From NCBI GenBank assembly GCA_021498095.1, contig JAIZWK010000001.1, forward strand, positions 2,370,001-2,402,000: a DNA stretch of 32,000 nucleotides. The letters are read 5' to 3'. Positions within the stretch are counted from its first letter, which is position 1. Every line of letters starts with the position of its first letter. Positions 19,031 to 28,733 of the stretch are shown one piece after another. Both the position numbers and the translations under genes were made by a program. The notes below the pieces were generated by a model. It worked only from the letters and a program-made list of their open reading frames with translations. It was not told where the DNA came from and did no database searches. This DNA is from Candidatus Harpocratesius repetitus (GTDB lineage: Archaea; Asgardarchaeota; Lokiarchaeia; Sigyniarchaeales; Promethearchaeaceae).

Positions 19031-19846
19031 TTACCAATTGAATCGTATAGGTTTTTTTAGAAGATCTTCTTTCCACTTTTCTGCATTAAAAGAATCGTTT
19101 GGTAGCTTTCCGATTGGTTGATATTGCGGCTTGATCCATGAATTTTCAAAGAAAAAAGAAGGAAAGAAATGCTTTTTACTATATATGTAAATTTCCCACA
19201 TTAAAAATCGATTAATAGGAATATATGAGCCACCAGGTTGACATTTTCCACGTTTTAGGTATTTCACCAATTCATCAGGATCTTCTGTGCTAGTTGGAAC
19301 TTGTGTAAAGGTATACCCGAATTGGCTGATATGATGTGCATCAGTACCAGCAATTTTTCCTTTTTTCCAACCTTTAAACCATCTGTGAGTCCGTTTATTT
19401 AGGAAATAATTCGAGCCATTTACCCATTCTATGCCATCAATATCTAATCTCTTCACAATTGCTGGTGACCAATATCCTTTAAAAGGATTTAAACCTGGAT
19501 GAGCTAAATAAATGGCACAATCTTGTTCTCTGAGAAGTTCGATAACTTCTTCTGGATTCCATGAATCTTTTGCTAAATGCCATTCTTGAACCCCATATGC
19601 CAAGATATGATTAAATCCAGTAGAAATTTCCAAAGCAGGAATTACAGGAAGACCTTTTTCCTGAGCTAATTTTCTAATCTTAGGTAAACCGCGGAGACTA
19701 TCATGAGCCATGGCGTTAACCCAATTAAATCCCCATTTTAATGTGATTTTAATTAAGTCTTCAGCTGATATTGTTCCATCGTGAAGATCGTAATATGTAT
19801 GGATATGAGCATCAAAAATCGCTCCAAATTTAGATCGTGAATACAT
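19031..19846 (-). CDS. PHP-family metallohydrolase
   Basis: FDAHIHT, AHDS, PALEIST, NHIL, AHP, IEWVNG, GTDAH metal ligands. Start could also be 19861. Confidence 0.85.
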   Translation of the reverse strand: MYSRSKFGAIFDAHIHTYYDLHDGTISAEDLIKITLKWGFNWVNAMAHDSLRGLPKIRKLAQEKGLPVIPALEISTGFNHILAYGVQEWHLAKDSWNPEEVIELLREQDCAIYLAHPGLNPFKGYWSPAIVKRLDIDGIEWVNGSNYFLNKRTHRWFKGWKKGKIAGTDAHHISQFGYTFTQVPTSTEDPDELVKYLKRGKCQPGGSYIPINRFLMWEIYIYSKKHFFPSFFFENSWIKPQYQPIGKLPNDSFNAEKWKEDLLKKPIRFNW

Positions 19847-19958
19847 TTTAGTTGATTGCATGAAAATCGTTCAATTAATAAAGCAGCGGAACATTGATAA
19901 AAATATCTTTTCGATTCATTTATTGAAATTTCAAAAAAAATTAAGTGAATTGCTTACA

Positions 19959-20858
19959 ATGAATAAATTTCCACAATCTCATTCCTTTCAAATAACAGAT
20001 GAGAGATTTATTACATTCTATGAATTTGGGGATCCATCGGGTATTCCCCTTTTTTATTTTCATGGATTTCCTGGAAGTGGTATGGAAGGAAAATTCTTAG
20101 ATAATATTGCCAAAAAAGAAGGAATTAGAATAATCAGCCCTAATCGACCTGGCATGGAGCATTCTACTTTTTATTCTCCAAGGCAATTGATTGATTGGGC
20201 ACAAGACGTTTCAAAATTGGCTGAATTTCTGCAGTTAAATCAGTTTTCCATTTTAGGTATATCTGGTGGATCGCCATATGCACTTGTATGTGGAAAATTT
20301 ATCGATCATACACATCTAAAATCCATTATTACAATATCTGGAGTTGCACCTTTACAATCGAATTTGCAAGGAATCGACCGTTTGTTCAAAATTGGCATTA
20401 TTCTTGGACGATCTTTTCCCCTTTTTTTATCCTTTGGATTATGGATAACTTTAACTCGAAGGTATAATAATTGGCAAAAAGCATTAAAATCTACTCTGAA
20501 AGATATTAGTTCATTTCCTGAAAAAGATCAAAGAATTTTTCAAATTCGGGAGAATGTTGAAATTTATGCCCGCTTAATGTATGAGGCATTCATGAATGGA
20601 ACTAAACCTGTGAAAGAAGATGCAATGATATATTTAAGAAATTGGGGTTTTAATCTTTCATCAATTTCTTCAGATATTCCTATTGAGATTTGGCACGGTG
20701 AAAAAGATCAGATCTTACCTCTGTTCATGGCTGAAAATCTTGCTGAAAATATTCCCCATAGTCTGTTAAGAACATTTCCTAATGATGGGCATCTATCTAC
20801 TGTGTTTAACCATTCTGATCTTTTGGTGAAACGGATAAAGTTCTATTTTCATAAGTAG
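19959..20858 (+). CDS. Alpha/beta hydrolase
   Basis: YFHGFPGS, PNRPG, GISGG elbow, WHGEKD, DGH; ATG at 19959 avoids a head-to-head clash with the PHP gene. Confidence 0.88.
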   Translation: MNKFPQSHSFQITDERFITFYEFGDPSGIPLFYFHGFPGSGMEGKFLDNIAKKEGIRIISPNRPGMEHSTFYSPRQLIDWAQDVSKLAEFLQLNQFSILGISGGSPYALVCGKFIDHTHLKSIITISGVAPLQSNLQGIDRLFKIGIILGRSFPLFLSFGLWITLTRRYNNWQKALKSTLKDISSFPEKDQRIFQIRENVEIYARLMYEAFMNGTKPVKEDAMIYLRNWGFNLSSISSDIPIEIWHGEKDQILPLFMAENLAENIPHSLLRTFPNDGHLSTVFNHSDLLVKRIKFYFHK

Positions 20859-23313
20859 TAAATAAATGCTGAAGCGCTTTACTCAATTGAATTTGATATT
20901 GTTGATATAGGTCATCTTGATTTAGGAGTTTATAGATTTTGCTTAAAGAATATCGATGATTGATATGATTATTTGAAAGATTTGTCGATTTTGTAGGATC
21001 TATATCGATTTTATTTTCATGATATATTTGAAAAACCCTTGTTTCCATTTTTTTCCCAATTTCTGCAATTTTATTATAATCATTCGCATTTTTATATTTA
21101 GGTAGGGGAAATTGCCATGGTGCTAAGTGAATTACTCGTATTGAACCATTTGCTCCAATAGAACAAACACGATGTAAATTTTCTTGTAAAAAATTCGAAT
21201 TAAGCCAAGCAAGAAGATAATAAGCTTCATTTTCGCATTTTGGAGTCAGGTAATAAAATGTAACATCAATCAATAGTTTTGAATCTCGAATAACTGCTGC
21301 TTTACAGCGACTACCTCCGACGGGATAAATAACCTTTAGGTATTGTGTTAAATGAGGATTAAAAAGCTTCTTTCCATAAGAAATACTTTGAATCAATGAA
21401 GTATTTCGTGCTTTTTGATTACGATTGTTTTGATAAATAAATTTCAATTTTTTGTAATGTTCTTTAGCCAACGGCGGTAATTGATCTTCAGATAATACCT
21501 GATAGCGTTTTTTCTCCAATTTAATTGGAAGAAATGCAAAATGTTGCGATATAATTTTAAAAGGAATAAGATCGGTACTTTTTATTAGTTGAAAGATAAA
21601 ATCGCGCTCTATTTTAGTAGGTGTAAAGGTGACGTTGTTCCAACGGGTACTCTGAGTCGAGTTATAGCCGGATTTTATAGGAAAGACTTGAATCACTTCT
21701 CTTTTTGGGTCTTCGATATGCTTTCTATTACAATCAACAAAAAGTAGTTTGCGAGGTGTAATATCAAATCCTCGATAAACCAACTTTGTATAATCGGAAG
21801 GAGAAATAGATATTTTGGAACGATCTTGACTTGTAACAATATATTTTCCAACTAAAGGCTGATTTCTGTAAATTTTAAACGTTACTGGATATGATATTCC
21901 AAGAAATTCTTCTATCCAATTTAAGTTGGGATGTTTTAATTCAGTATTTTGTTTTTCTAGAAAAGTAACTTTACTGGATTTTATCGGTAATGGCACAAAT
22001 TTCAATTTACTATCTAATTCAGAGGTGTTTATCTCATCTTTAGTTCTGCAAATTAGTAACATTGAATGAATTGGAAAATAATCGGGAAATAATTGGAAAC
22101 TTGAGATTTTACTTATTCCCAAAAAACGACGGAATTTTGCATGTTGTGATCCAGTTAGTAAACTGGCTGGAAGCAGAAATGCCATTATTCCTCCTGCTTT
22201 AACTAATGTTCTACGGATAATTTCAAAGAAAATAGTAGCGATTTCAATATTTGACTGATTTTTCCAAGTCATTCCAATTTGATAATATTTAGCCAAAGAA
22301 AGAATTTTATCTTTAAGGGCTGGAGTGCGGATATTATTCAAAACATTCCACGGTAAATTACCAATTGCAGTAAAAAAATATCGAGAATTTGGTTTCTGTT
22401 TATTCTCTTGAATTTTTGATGATTGAAATGAAGTATTCGTTGGAACAATATGAAATATATGAAATATCCGTTCTGAAAATAATTGATTGTCTGCTATATC
22501 GAGTAAATCCAAACAAAAATAATTTTTCTTAAAATATTGATATAATTCTTTGAAGTTGTGCTGATGATTATAGTGCTTTACAATCATTATCCAGAGATTT
22601 AAAATAGTTGAGAGTAAAGCAGCAGGATTTTCATCAATTCCATAAATATTGCTGAAATAATGGAGAAATTTTGAAAAAGGGATATTTAAATCAAGAATTT
22701 GCTGAACTAACACTCGTAGAATTGCCCCACTGCCGCAAGTAGGATCAATTTTTGCATTTTCTAAGGTGAAACCATCAATTCTATTTAGTTGATAGACCAA
22801 AAATCTGGCAATACTGTTAGGAGTAAAGAACATACCTTTTTCTTCTAGAGTATCCAAAGAAAGCAGATCAGTCAAAAGTGGGGAAAACAAATCTTCATCA
22901 GCAAATTTCTTAATTACGAAAATACTATTTGTAAGTTTTTTGTCTAAAGTTTTTTTAGCAGAAAACTGTTTATTTTCTAAAGATTGAATTGGATAATTAA
23001 AATTAAATTGAAATGGTGCGAACGAAAAAGGTAAATTTTGATTGAAATCAAATGTAGAATCAATTTCACGAATGATTTGCTGTGATATCCAAATAAAATA
23101 AGAAATTCGTAAATAGAATTTCAATTTCATTTCCTCTGAGTCTAAATGAGCCGAAAGATTGCCAAATTCTTCTTTCCAATTTCTATAAGAAGATTTAAAC
23201 TCTTGAGAGTGAATGTTCTTTGTAAAAATTTGAGAATAAAGACGAAAAAAGGTTGATTGTGAACCAAATTGGTTTTTTAATTCTTCTGCATTAATTGAAG
23301 ATTGATCACTCAT
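20806..23313 (-). CDS. N6-adenine methyltransferase-like protein (type IIG/Eco57I-like architecture) with C-terminal recognition-domain-like region
   Basis: GMFFTP, IDPTCGSG (motif I), IYGIDEN, IGNLPW (motif IV variant), AFLLPASLL; ATGA overlap with the upstream gene. Confidence 0.75.
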   Translation of the reverse strand: MSDQSSINAEELKNQFGSQSTFFRLYSQIFTKNIHSQEFKSSYRNWKEEFGNLSAHLDSEEMKLKFYLRISYFIWISQQIIREIDSTFDFNQNLPFSFAPFQFNFNYPIQSLENKQFSAKKTLDKKLTNSIFVIKKFADEDLFSPLLTDLLSLDTLEEKGMFFTPNSIARFLVYQLNRIDGFTLENAKIDPTCGSGAILRVLVQQILDLNIPFSKFLHYFSNIYGIDENPAALLSTILNLWIMIVKHYNHQHNFKELYQYFKKNYFCLDLLDIADNQLFSERIFHIFHIVPTNTSFQSSKIQENKQKPNSRYFFTAIGNLPWNVLNNIRTPALKDKILSLAKYYQIGMTWKNQSNIEIATIFFEIIRRTLVKAGGIMAFLLPASLLTGSQHAKFRRFLGISKISSFQLFPDYFPIHSMLLICRTKDEINTSELDSKLKFVPLPIKSSKVTFLEKQNTELKHPNLNWIEEFLGISYPVTFKIYRNQPLVGKYIVTSQDRSKISISPSDYTKLVYRGFDITPRKLLFVDCNRKHIEDPKREVIQVFPIKSGYNSTQSTRWNNVTFTPTKIERDFIFQLIKSTDLIPFKIISQHFAFLPIKLEKKRYQVLSEDQLPPLAKEHYKKLKFIYQNNRNQKARNTSLIQSISYGKKLFNPHLTQYLKVIYPVGGSRCKAAVIRDSKLLIDVTFYYLTPKCENEAYYLLAWLNSNFLQENLHRVCSIGANGSIRVIHLAPWQFPLPKYKNANDYNKIAEIGKKMETRVFQIYHENKIDIDPTKSTNLSNNHINHRYSLSKIYKLLNQDDLYQQYQIQLSKALQHLFTTYENRTLSVSPKDQNG

Positions 23314-23675
23314 AAAATAAGCACATTTTTTGGCTGTTTTTCTAAAAATTCGACTAAATCAGAATAATTGATGATTCTAATTCCTGGTAACATATTTTTT
23401 TTTTCTATAAACCATGATTTAGAAAAAACACCTTCAGATGAATCCAATGGAATCGCATAAAATCTAATTAAACCAATAAATTGTAAAATCAAATCTGAAA
23501 TGGGGGGTATTTCAAGATGATTTGCCGAATTTTGCTCAGGAAAGAGATTATATAACCCTTTTTCAAGAAATATTACTTTTGTGGGAATTGCTTGCTGAGC
23601 AGTGGAGAAACCAATAAAAAGACTTGCTAACGGAAATTCTGAACCATAAGGAGAAGATTTCAATAGAATTATCAT
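23310..23675 (-). CDS. DsrF/TusC-like sulfur relay family protein
   Basis: ILLKSSPYGSE, VIFLEKGLYNL; no cysteine; GAGGT precedes the ATG. Confidence 0.65.
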   Translation of the reverse strand: MIILLKSSPYGSEFPLASLFIGFSTAQQAIPTKVIFLEKGLYNLFPEQNSANHLEIPPISDLILQFIGLIRFYAIPLDSSEGVFSKSWFIEKKNMLPGIRIINYSDLVEFLEKQPKNVLIL

Positions 23676-23710
23676 TTGATTTACCTCATATTATAGATAT
23701 TTTTAGTGAA

Positions 23711-23785
23711 TTCATTATTATCATCATTATTATTATGATTGTTATTATGATTATTATTATTATGAATATTATTATGACTATTTCA
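23711..23785. repeat. Degenerate trinucleotide microsatellite (ATT/ATC/ATG units), about 75 bp
   Basis: ttcattattatcatcattattattatgattgttattatgattattattattatgaatattattatgactatttca. Confidence 0.85.
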
Positions 23786-24184
23786 TTATAATTGAAGAAG
23801 CCGATACCCTTTGGCAAGTAATTCTCCAAATTTACGAATTGAGACTATTTGAACGAAGGGGAATAATTTTGACGAAACATAATATTCTTCTTCAAGATTT
23901 GATTGATTTAAACTAATATATCCTCGAGCAGCTGTACAACGAGAACAAGCATAGAATTGTAAATCAGGATATAATTGATGTAAATATGCGTATTGTTGAC
24001 CTATATTGGCAAAATTTTTAGGAAATTGCTCTGTTTGAAGTTGGTGAATTCCATCGATGTAAAAGAATAAAGCTATTTCAAATTGATGTTCGAGTAAGTG
24101 CTTTATTATTCGAATTTTTTCAGGTAAGAGAGGAGTGGAATAAGGTGAATCGACTACCAGTGCAAGAATTTTTTTATTTTCCAT
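23786..24184 (-). CDS. DsrE/TusD-like sulfurtransferase
   Basis: LVVDSPYS, LFFYIDGIHQL, ACSRCTAARG with the conserved Cys; ATG at 24184 follows GGAACGGGA (alternative TTG at 24211). Confidence 0.8.
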   Translation of the reverse strand: MENKKILALVVDSPYSTPLLPEKIRIIKHLLEHQFEIALFFYIDGIHQLQTEQFPKNFANIGQQYAYLHQLYPDLQFYACSRCTAARGYISLNQSNLEEEYYVSSKLFPFVQIVSIRKFGELLAKGYRLLQL

Positions 24185-24211
24185 ATTAATTCCCGTTCCT
24201 TGAGTTATCAA

Positions 24212-24586
24212 TTAAAACTTTAAATAGCAGACGCTAGGATTTTGTATAGCTAAGATAATTTCTTCATTAAATAATTCTCTTTTAATCCATTGAAAAGATT
24301 TATTTTGAAAAATTAAATTTTGAGTGTTTTTTTCATTTAAAAGACTTTTACAATGTTCAAGATTAAAAAAAATCTCCGTATTTGGTTGATCTTTTAGTTT
24401 TGAAAGAAATGATTCAGGAGAAAGAAGCATATAGACTGCCTGTTCACTGCATAGGATCTGGATTTGAAGACTTGGATTATTTTCCATGTTAATGAATATT
24501 TGATTCAGTAATTTTGTTACAATGGAAAAATCATCCGTGTTTAACAAATTCTGGGTCAAATGAAAGGTGAATTTCGTTATTTGCAT
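24212..24586 (-). CDS. Divergent DsrE/F/H-fold protein (possible DsrH/TusB equivalent)
   Basis: ILCSEQAVYMLL aligns by eye with the FFxxDGVYxL segment of the family; size and position next to the DsrE/F-like genes. Confidence 0.4.
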   Translation of the reverse strand: MQITKFTFHLTQNLLNTDDFSIVTKLLNQIFINMENNPSLQIQILCSEQAVYMLLSPESFLSKLKDQPNTEIFFNLEHCKSLLNEKNTQNLIFQNKSFQWIKRELFNEEIILAIQNPSVCYLKF

Positions 24587-24629
24587 TAATTTAAACCTCT
24601 AATATCATTTTAATGTATAAAAAACAAAT

Positions 24630-25586
24630 TTAGATAAGATTTTGGCTTTTTTTCTGCTTTAGATACGATAAAATTATAGGAAGTGCAATTGTGGCATCGA
24701 TATGAACTTGAGAAGTATCTCCATGAGCATTTACTTTCCCCCAAGATATAGCTTCATTTAAAGAAGCAGAAGAAAGGCCTCCAGCAGAAACCTGCACATC
24801 AGTGGTAAGTTGAACAACAAACTTCGCAGAATTAGGGGAAAATTGCATAGCTTGGAATATAAAGTTTTTAGGGACGCCTCCTCCAACAATAAACACTCCC
24901 GGTACAGCAGAGTCCCATGCTAAATTAATACAATCTTGCAAATCTGAAAAATGATTCAAGTTTAAACCAGGATAGAGAAATGATAACTGCATTCCTAATC
25001 CTGAGTCAGTGATTGCAGGACAAAAAATTGGGATTTTCTTTTCAGCACATTTTTTTAATATTGATATCGATCCTTCTGGTAAATGTTCCCCGATCGTCCA
25101 TAAAGCTTCTTTTACTGATGATTTTGGATCAATCTTAAAAGTTTTCAACCAATCTTCCATATTTTCATATACTTGATTTGGCATGAATACATCATAAATC
25201 CTATTTAAGGCTTCTTCATGAAGTGTTTCATTAGTTTGGGGTGATTCACTTAAAAATCCTTGTAGATGATGATCACCTAATGATTCTACAATATCATGGG
25301 TTAGGTTTGCTCCAGTGGTGACTAAAACATCCACAAATCCAAGATCTAGAAAATCGTATATTATTTTCTGCATACCAGCTGGAACCATAGCTCCAGATAA
25401 TGCAAAAAATTTCACGCATTCCTTATTTCGAATCATTTCTTCATAGATTTTACATGCTTTAGCTAATCTTTTTGCATTAAAACCCATATTGTCCCATGAG
25501 TCTACCATTCTAACAATATCTTGGCTGGCTGGAACATCCATCTGCTCGACTGGGCGTGTCTTTAAACCCTCTGGTAATTCTTTCAT
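24630..25586 (-). CDS. dys: Deoxyhypusine synthase
   Basis: SGAMVPAG, VTTGANLTHD, PAITDSGLG, GGGVPKN, SASLNEAISWGK with the catalytic Lys, DATIALP. Confidence 0.95.
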   Translation of the reverse strand: MKELPEGLKTRPVEQMDVPASQDIVRMVDSWDNMGFNAKRLAKACKIYEEMIRNKECVKFFALSGAMVPAGMQKIIYDFLDLGFVDVLVTTGANLTHDIVESLGDHHLQGFLSESPQTNETLHEEALNRIYDVFMPNQVYENMEDWLKTFKIDPKSSVKEALWTIGEHLPEGSISILKKCAEKKIPIFCPAITDSGLGMQLSFLYPGLNLNHFSDLQDCINLAWDSAVPGVFIVGGGVPKNFIFQAMQFSPNSAKFVVQLTTDVQVSAGGLSSASLNEAISWGKVNAHGDTSQVHIDATIALPIILSYLKQKKSQNLI

Positions 25587-25605
25587 TTTATAACTTTTTC
25601 TCCTT

Positions 25606-26547
25606 TTATTCGTTTAATCGGGTTTGCTCAATAATAAATCCCATGAATTCTGTTATTAGTTTAACAGCCGTGATTTGGGTTAGATTTGTTGGGAGATCTA
25701 AATCGGGAGCTACTTCAACCAAATCAAATCCAATAATTTGAAAATGAGAAGCTAAGAACCTTAGTGCGTTCCATAACTGTCTATATGTCAAACCACCTGG
25801 AATACTATAACCAGTCCCTGGTGTGTTTGATCCATCAAGGACATCTATATCTATTGAAACATATATTTCTGATAACCCTATTTTTTGAAATTGTTGTAAT
25901 ACTTTTTGCAGTTCAGCTGCTATTTGTTCGTAATTTTGCAGTTTGTATGCTGGAATGTATTTTAAATTGTCGTGATGAGCCATTTCGATTTCTGGAATAT
26001 CCATATCTCTTACTCCGAGAATTATTACCTTTTCTACTCCCATATTGGGAAGATCTGCAATTCTCTTTGTCACCGTACAGTGAAAATCTGATTCTTCATC
26101 TAACCATTTGTCATAATAATCTAAATGAGCATCAAAAACAATGACACCAAATGAAGGTTCTTGCTTTTCTTGACGTCGACTATGAAGTGCTTTAATTACG
26201 GGATACGTGCAATAATGATCTCCTCCTAACATGACTGGGATCGGTTCGCATATATTCCACGGTAGCATTTCGTTGATAAATTCAATAATATTTTTTCGAG
26301 TCTGTTCGGGTTTTGAAGAAAGAACCTTGATATCACCAAAATCACAGATATTAAATTGGGTAATATCTTGTTCCAATTCTGTCGCTCTTCCAAGAAATGA
26401 TGTAAGTTCTCGTAGTTTATATGGTGCTGCTCTTGGGCATCCATGAGTATGAGTAGAATTAGCATCCCAAGGAATTCCGAATAATGCAAATTTGGTTGGG
26501 GTTTGATAATCACCTGCTAGTGCATCATAAAAGGTAAATGGAATCAT
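25606..26547 (-). CDS. speB: Agmatinase (ureohydrolase family)
   Basis: GIPWD, GGDHY, FDAHLD, SIDIDVLD, PGTG..PGG, DLVEVAP. Confidence 0.88.
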   Translation of the reverse strand: MIPFTFYDALAGDYQTPTKFALFGIPWDANSTHTHGCPRAAPYKLRELTSFLGRATELEQDITQFNICDFGDIKVLSSKPEQTRKNIIEFINEMLPWNICEPIPVMLGGDHYCTYPVIKALHSRRQEKQEPSFGVIVFDAHLDYYDKWLDEESDFHCTVTKRIADLPNMGVEKVIILGVRDMDIPEIEMAHHDNLKYIPAYKLQNYEQIAAELQKVLQQFQKIGLSEIYVSIDIDVLDGSNTPGTGYSIPGGLTYRQLWNALRFLASHFQIIGFDLVEVAPDLDLPTNLTQITAVKLITEFMGFIIEQTRLNE

Positions 26548-26573
26548 ATTTTTTCACACAACGTCGTAATATA

Positions 26574-27137
26574 TCATTTTTCTGTTTTATCGATAATATT
26601 AACTATAGGAATTTCCTTTGAATTAGGTGGTTTTTTTTCAATCTCTTCAAATTTCTTATAAAATATAACTTTGACAGAACAGGCATCATCATCGCTTTGG
26701 CTCTGGTCATATTTATATTCAACATTCAATCCAGTAAGTTTTTTCATCGCAGTTTCGAAATAACCAAAGGTAAATTCGCATAATGTATCCCCGAATTTTA
26801 ATTCTTCATGATTTTTAATAATCTGGCGGTAAATACACTCATTTTTTATATGAATGATATACCGATCTTTAAGTTCTTCATGTCCAATTACTTCTGCATC
26901 ATATAATTTTGTAATTGTATTTTGGAATAAGCTAAATGCGGCTGACGGAACATCAAATGGTTCTGATTCTGTTTTGCCATATTTTTTTAAAATATTATCA
27001 GCAACAATTTCTGCAGGCTTTTGTCCCATCCGGTTAAGAATTGCCTTTACGGTACTTGACCCAAATGTTTTTTCAATTTCAGTAAAAAAAGATCCCATAA
27101 AGATTCTTAAACCAATTAATTCTTTTTTCAACTCCAT
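26574..27137 (-). CDS. Stand-alone V4R / methanogen-output-domain-like protein
   Basis: MG...A...A N-terminal helix; ECIY, LCEF..GYF and ACSV cysteine pattern; ATG at 27137 preferred. Confidence 0.6.
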   Translation of the reverse strand: MELKKELIGLRIFMGSFFTEIEKTFGSSTVKAILNRMGQKPAEIVADNILKKYGKTESEPFDVPSAAFSLFQNTITKLYDAEVIGHEELKDRYIIHIKNECIYRQIIKNHEELKFGDTLCEFTFGYFETAMKKLTGLNVEYKYDQSQSDDDACSVKVIFYKKFEEIEKKPPNSKEIPIVNIIDKTEK

Positions 27138-27293
27138 ATGGTTTGAATTTAGGCAGAATTCCCAATAAAAATTTCTCTTATTAACTAAGATCACAAAATG
27201 AATAACAAAAGAAAAGCCCCTTTTTTATGTTTGCTAATAAAAGGCGCTAGAATATTTAATAAAGAAGTTCACTAATGTTATACCTAGGATAAA

Positions 27294-28004
27294 GTGATCA
27301 TTATGGCGTTTGCAATTGAACAGATAATCTTACTCATTTCTTTTAGTTTAATTTACTTGGTTTTTCTCTTCTATGATTTATTTAAACGGGGCGATAATTA
27401 TGGGTCTATCGCATACATTGCCGCACTTCTGCCTGCAAATTATCTTTGGAGTATTGTAACTAAAAACAATATGCTTGATTTTGGAGCTTTAGGTGCAATG
27501 CTTGTTTTATGCGTATTGTGGTTGTTTGCAGTTATTAGGGATATAATTATCAAAGATAGAGCACAAGGATTTAAAGATGCAGATGATGTTGCTTTAATGC
27601 TAATTGTTGGAATTATCATAAACTTAATTCTGTCAGCTGTTTTACCAGCTCTTCCTGGTCTGGAATATATGAAGAATGGAACAACACCTGTGTTAAAATA
27701 TTTCTTTTTACCAATCTTTGATGCTGAAACTACAGGTCACGCAGTATTTGGAATCGTTTTAGCCTATAAAATACTGGTTACATTATTAACACTATCTGTA
27801 ATCATTCCTGTAGTGATGGATCTTAAGGATATGGAGACAAATATCGTTGCTTTGGTTATTCTTACATTAATTTTTGGAATTCCATTTACATTCTTAGCCT
27901 TTTTATGGTCTCCTGCAACTTCAACCATTTGGGTTTTTCTATTCTTGTTTATGGTCTTGTTCTTCATCTTTTTACTGATGATTACAAGAGGAAAGAATAA
28001 ATAA
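27294..28004 (+). CDS. Hypothetical polytopic membrane protein
   Basis: About seven hydrophobic segments; no recognised motif. Confidence 0.6.
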   Translation: MIIMAFAIEQIILLISFSLIYLVFLFYDLFKRGDNYGSIAYIAALLPANYLWSIVTKNNMLDFGALGAMLVLCVLWLFAVIRDIIIKDRAQGFKDADDVALMLIVGIIINLILSAVLPALPGLEYMKNGTTPVLKYFFLPIFDAETTGHAVFGIVLAYKILVTLLTLSVIIPVVMDLKDMETNIVALVILTLIFGIPFTFLAFLWSPATSTIWVFLFLFMVLFFIFLLMITRGKNK

Positions 28005-28092
28005 ATTAAATCAGATCCTTTTTTTTTTGAATTTTTGAATTTACTCTTTCTCTTTTTCTTTTTCTTTATGGTTTTAGTTCGTTGTTTCTCTC

Positions 28093-28674
28093 TTATTTAT
28101 CAAGATGCGATTTAAAATAATTAATAAATTTCTCTAATGCGCGCCGTCTGTGGGATATTTTATTTTTTTCTTCCAAACCAATCTCAGCAAAGGTTTTTCC
28201 AGGAGTATCATTAGAGATAAAAATTGGATCAAATCCAAATCCAGAAGTACCACGTTTTTCTAAAGATACTTCTCCCACATTTTCCCCCTTAAACAGGAAA
28301 ACATTTTTATTTACATCCATATATGCAATTACAGCTTCAAAATGCGCTCGTCTTTCTTTTTTATCTTGCATTAATGTTAAAATTCCTTCGCATCCAATGG
28401 TATCCATTACATAATGACTATATACACCTGGAAATCCATGTAAATGATCATCTACAAAAAAACCAGCATCTTCGATAAAAAAGGGTGGTGTTATTTTATT
28501 TTGAATGCTTTGAAGTTTAAATAATGCCACTTGTTCTAAGGTTTCTGCTTGAATTTCAACTAACGGTAATTTATGTTGAACGATAGAAATTCCTGGGAGT
28601 GAATTTGTAAACATTGATTGCACTTCTTTAACCTTATTTGGATTTCCAGTGCAAAACTTTATAGACTGAATCAT
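28093..28674 (-). CDS. rdgB: XTP/dITP diphosphatase (RdgB/HAM1 family)
   Basis: TGNPNKVKE, EIQ, EDAG, GFPGVYS, GFGFDPIF, KNKISHRRRA. Confidence 0.95.
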   Translation of the reverse strand: MIQSIKFCTGNPNKVKEVQSMFTNSLPGISIVQHKLPLVEIQAETLEQVALFKLQSIQNKITPPFFIEDAGFFVDDHLHGFPGVYSHYVMDTIGCEGILTLMQDKKERRAHFEAVIAYMDVNKNVFLFKGENVGEVSLEKRGTSGFGFDPIFISNDTPGKTFAEIGLEEKNKISHRRRALEKFINYFKSHLDK

Positions 28675-28733
28675 AATTGAATTAAGTTATCATGCAATAA
28701 AAAACATTTAATAGATGGTAAATATACAAATTC

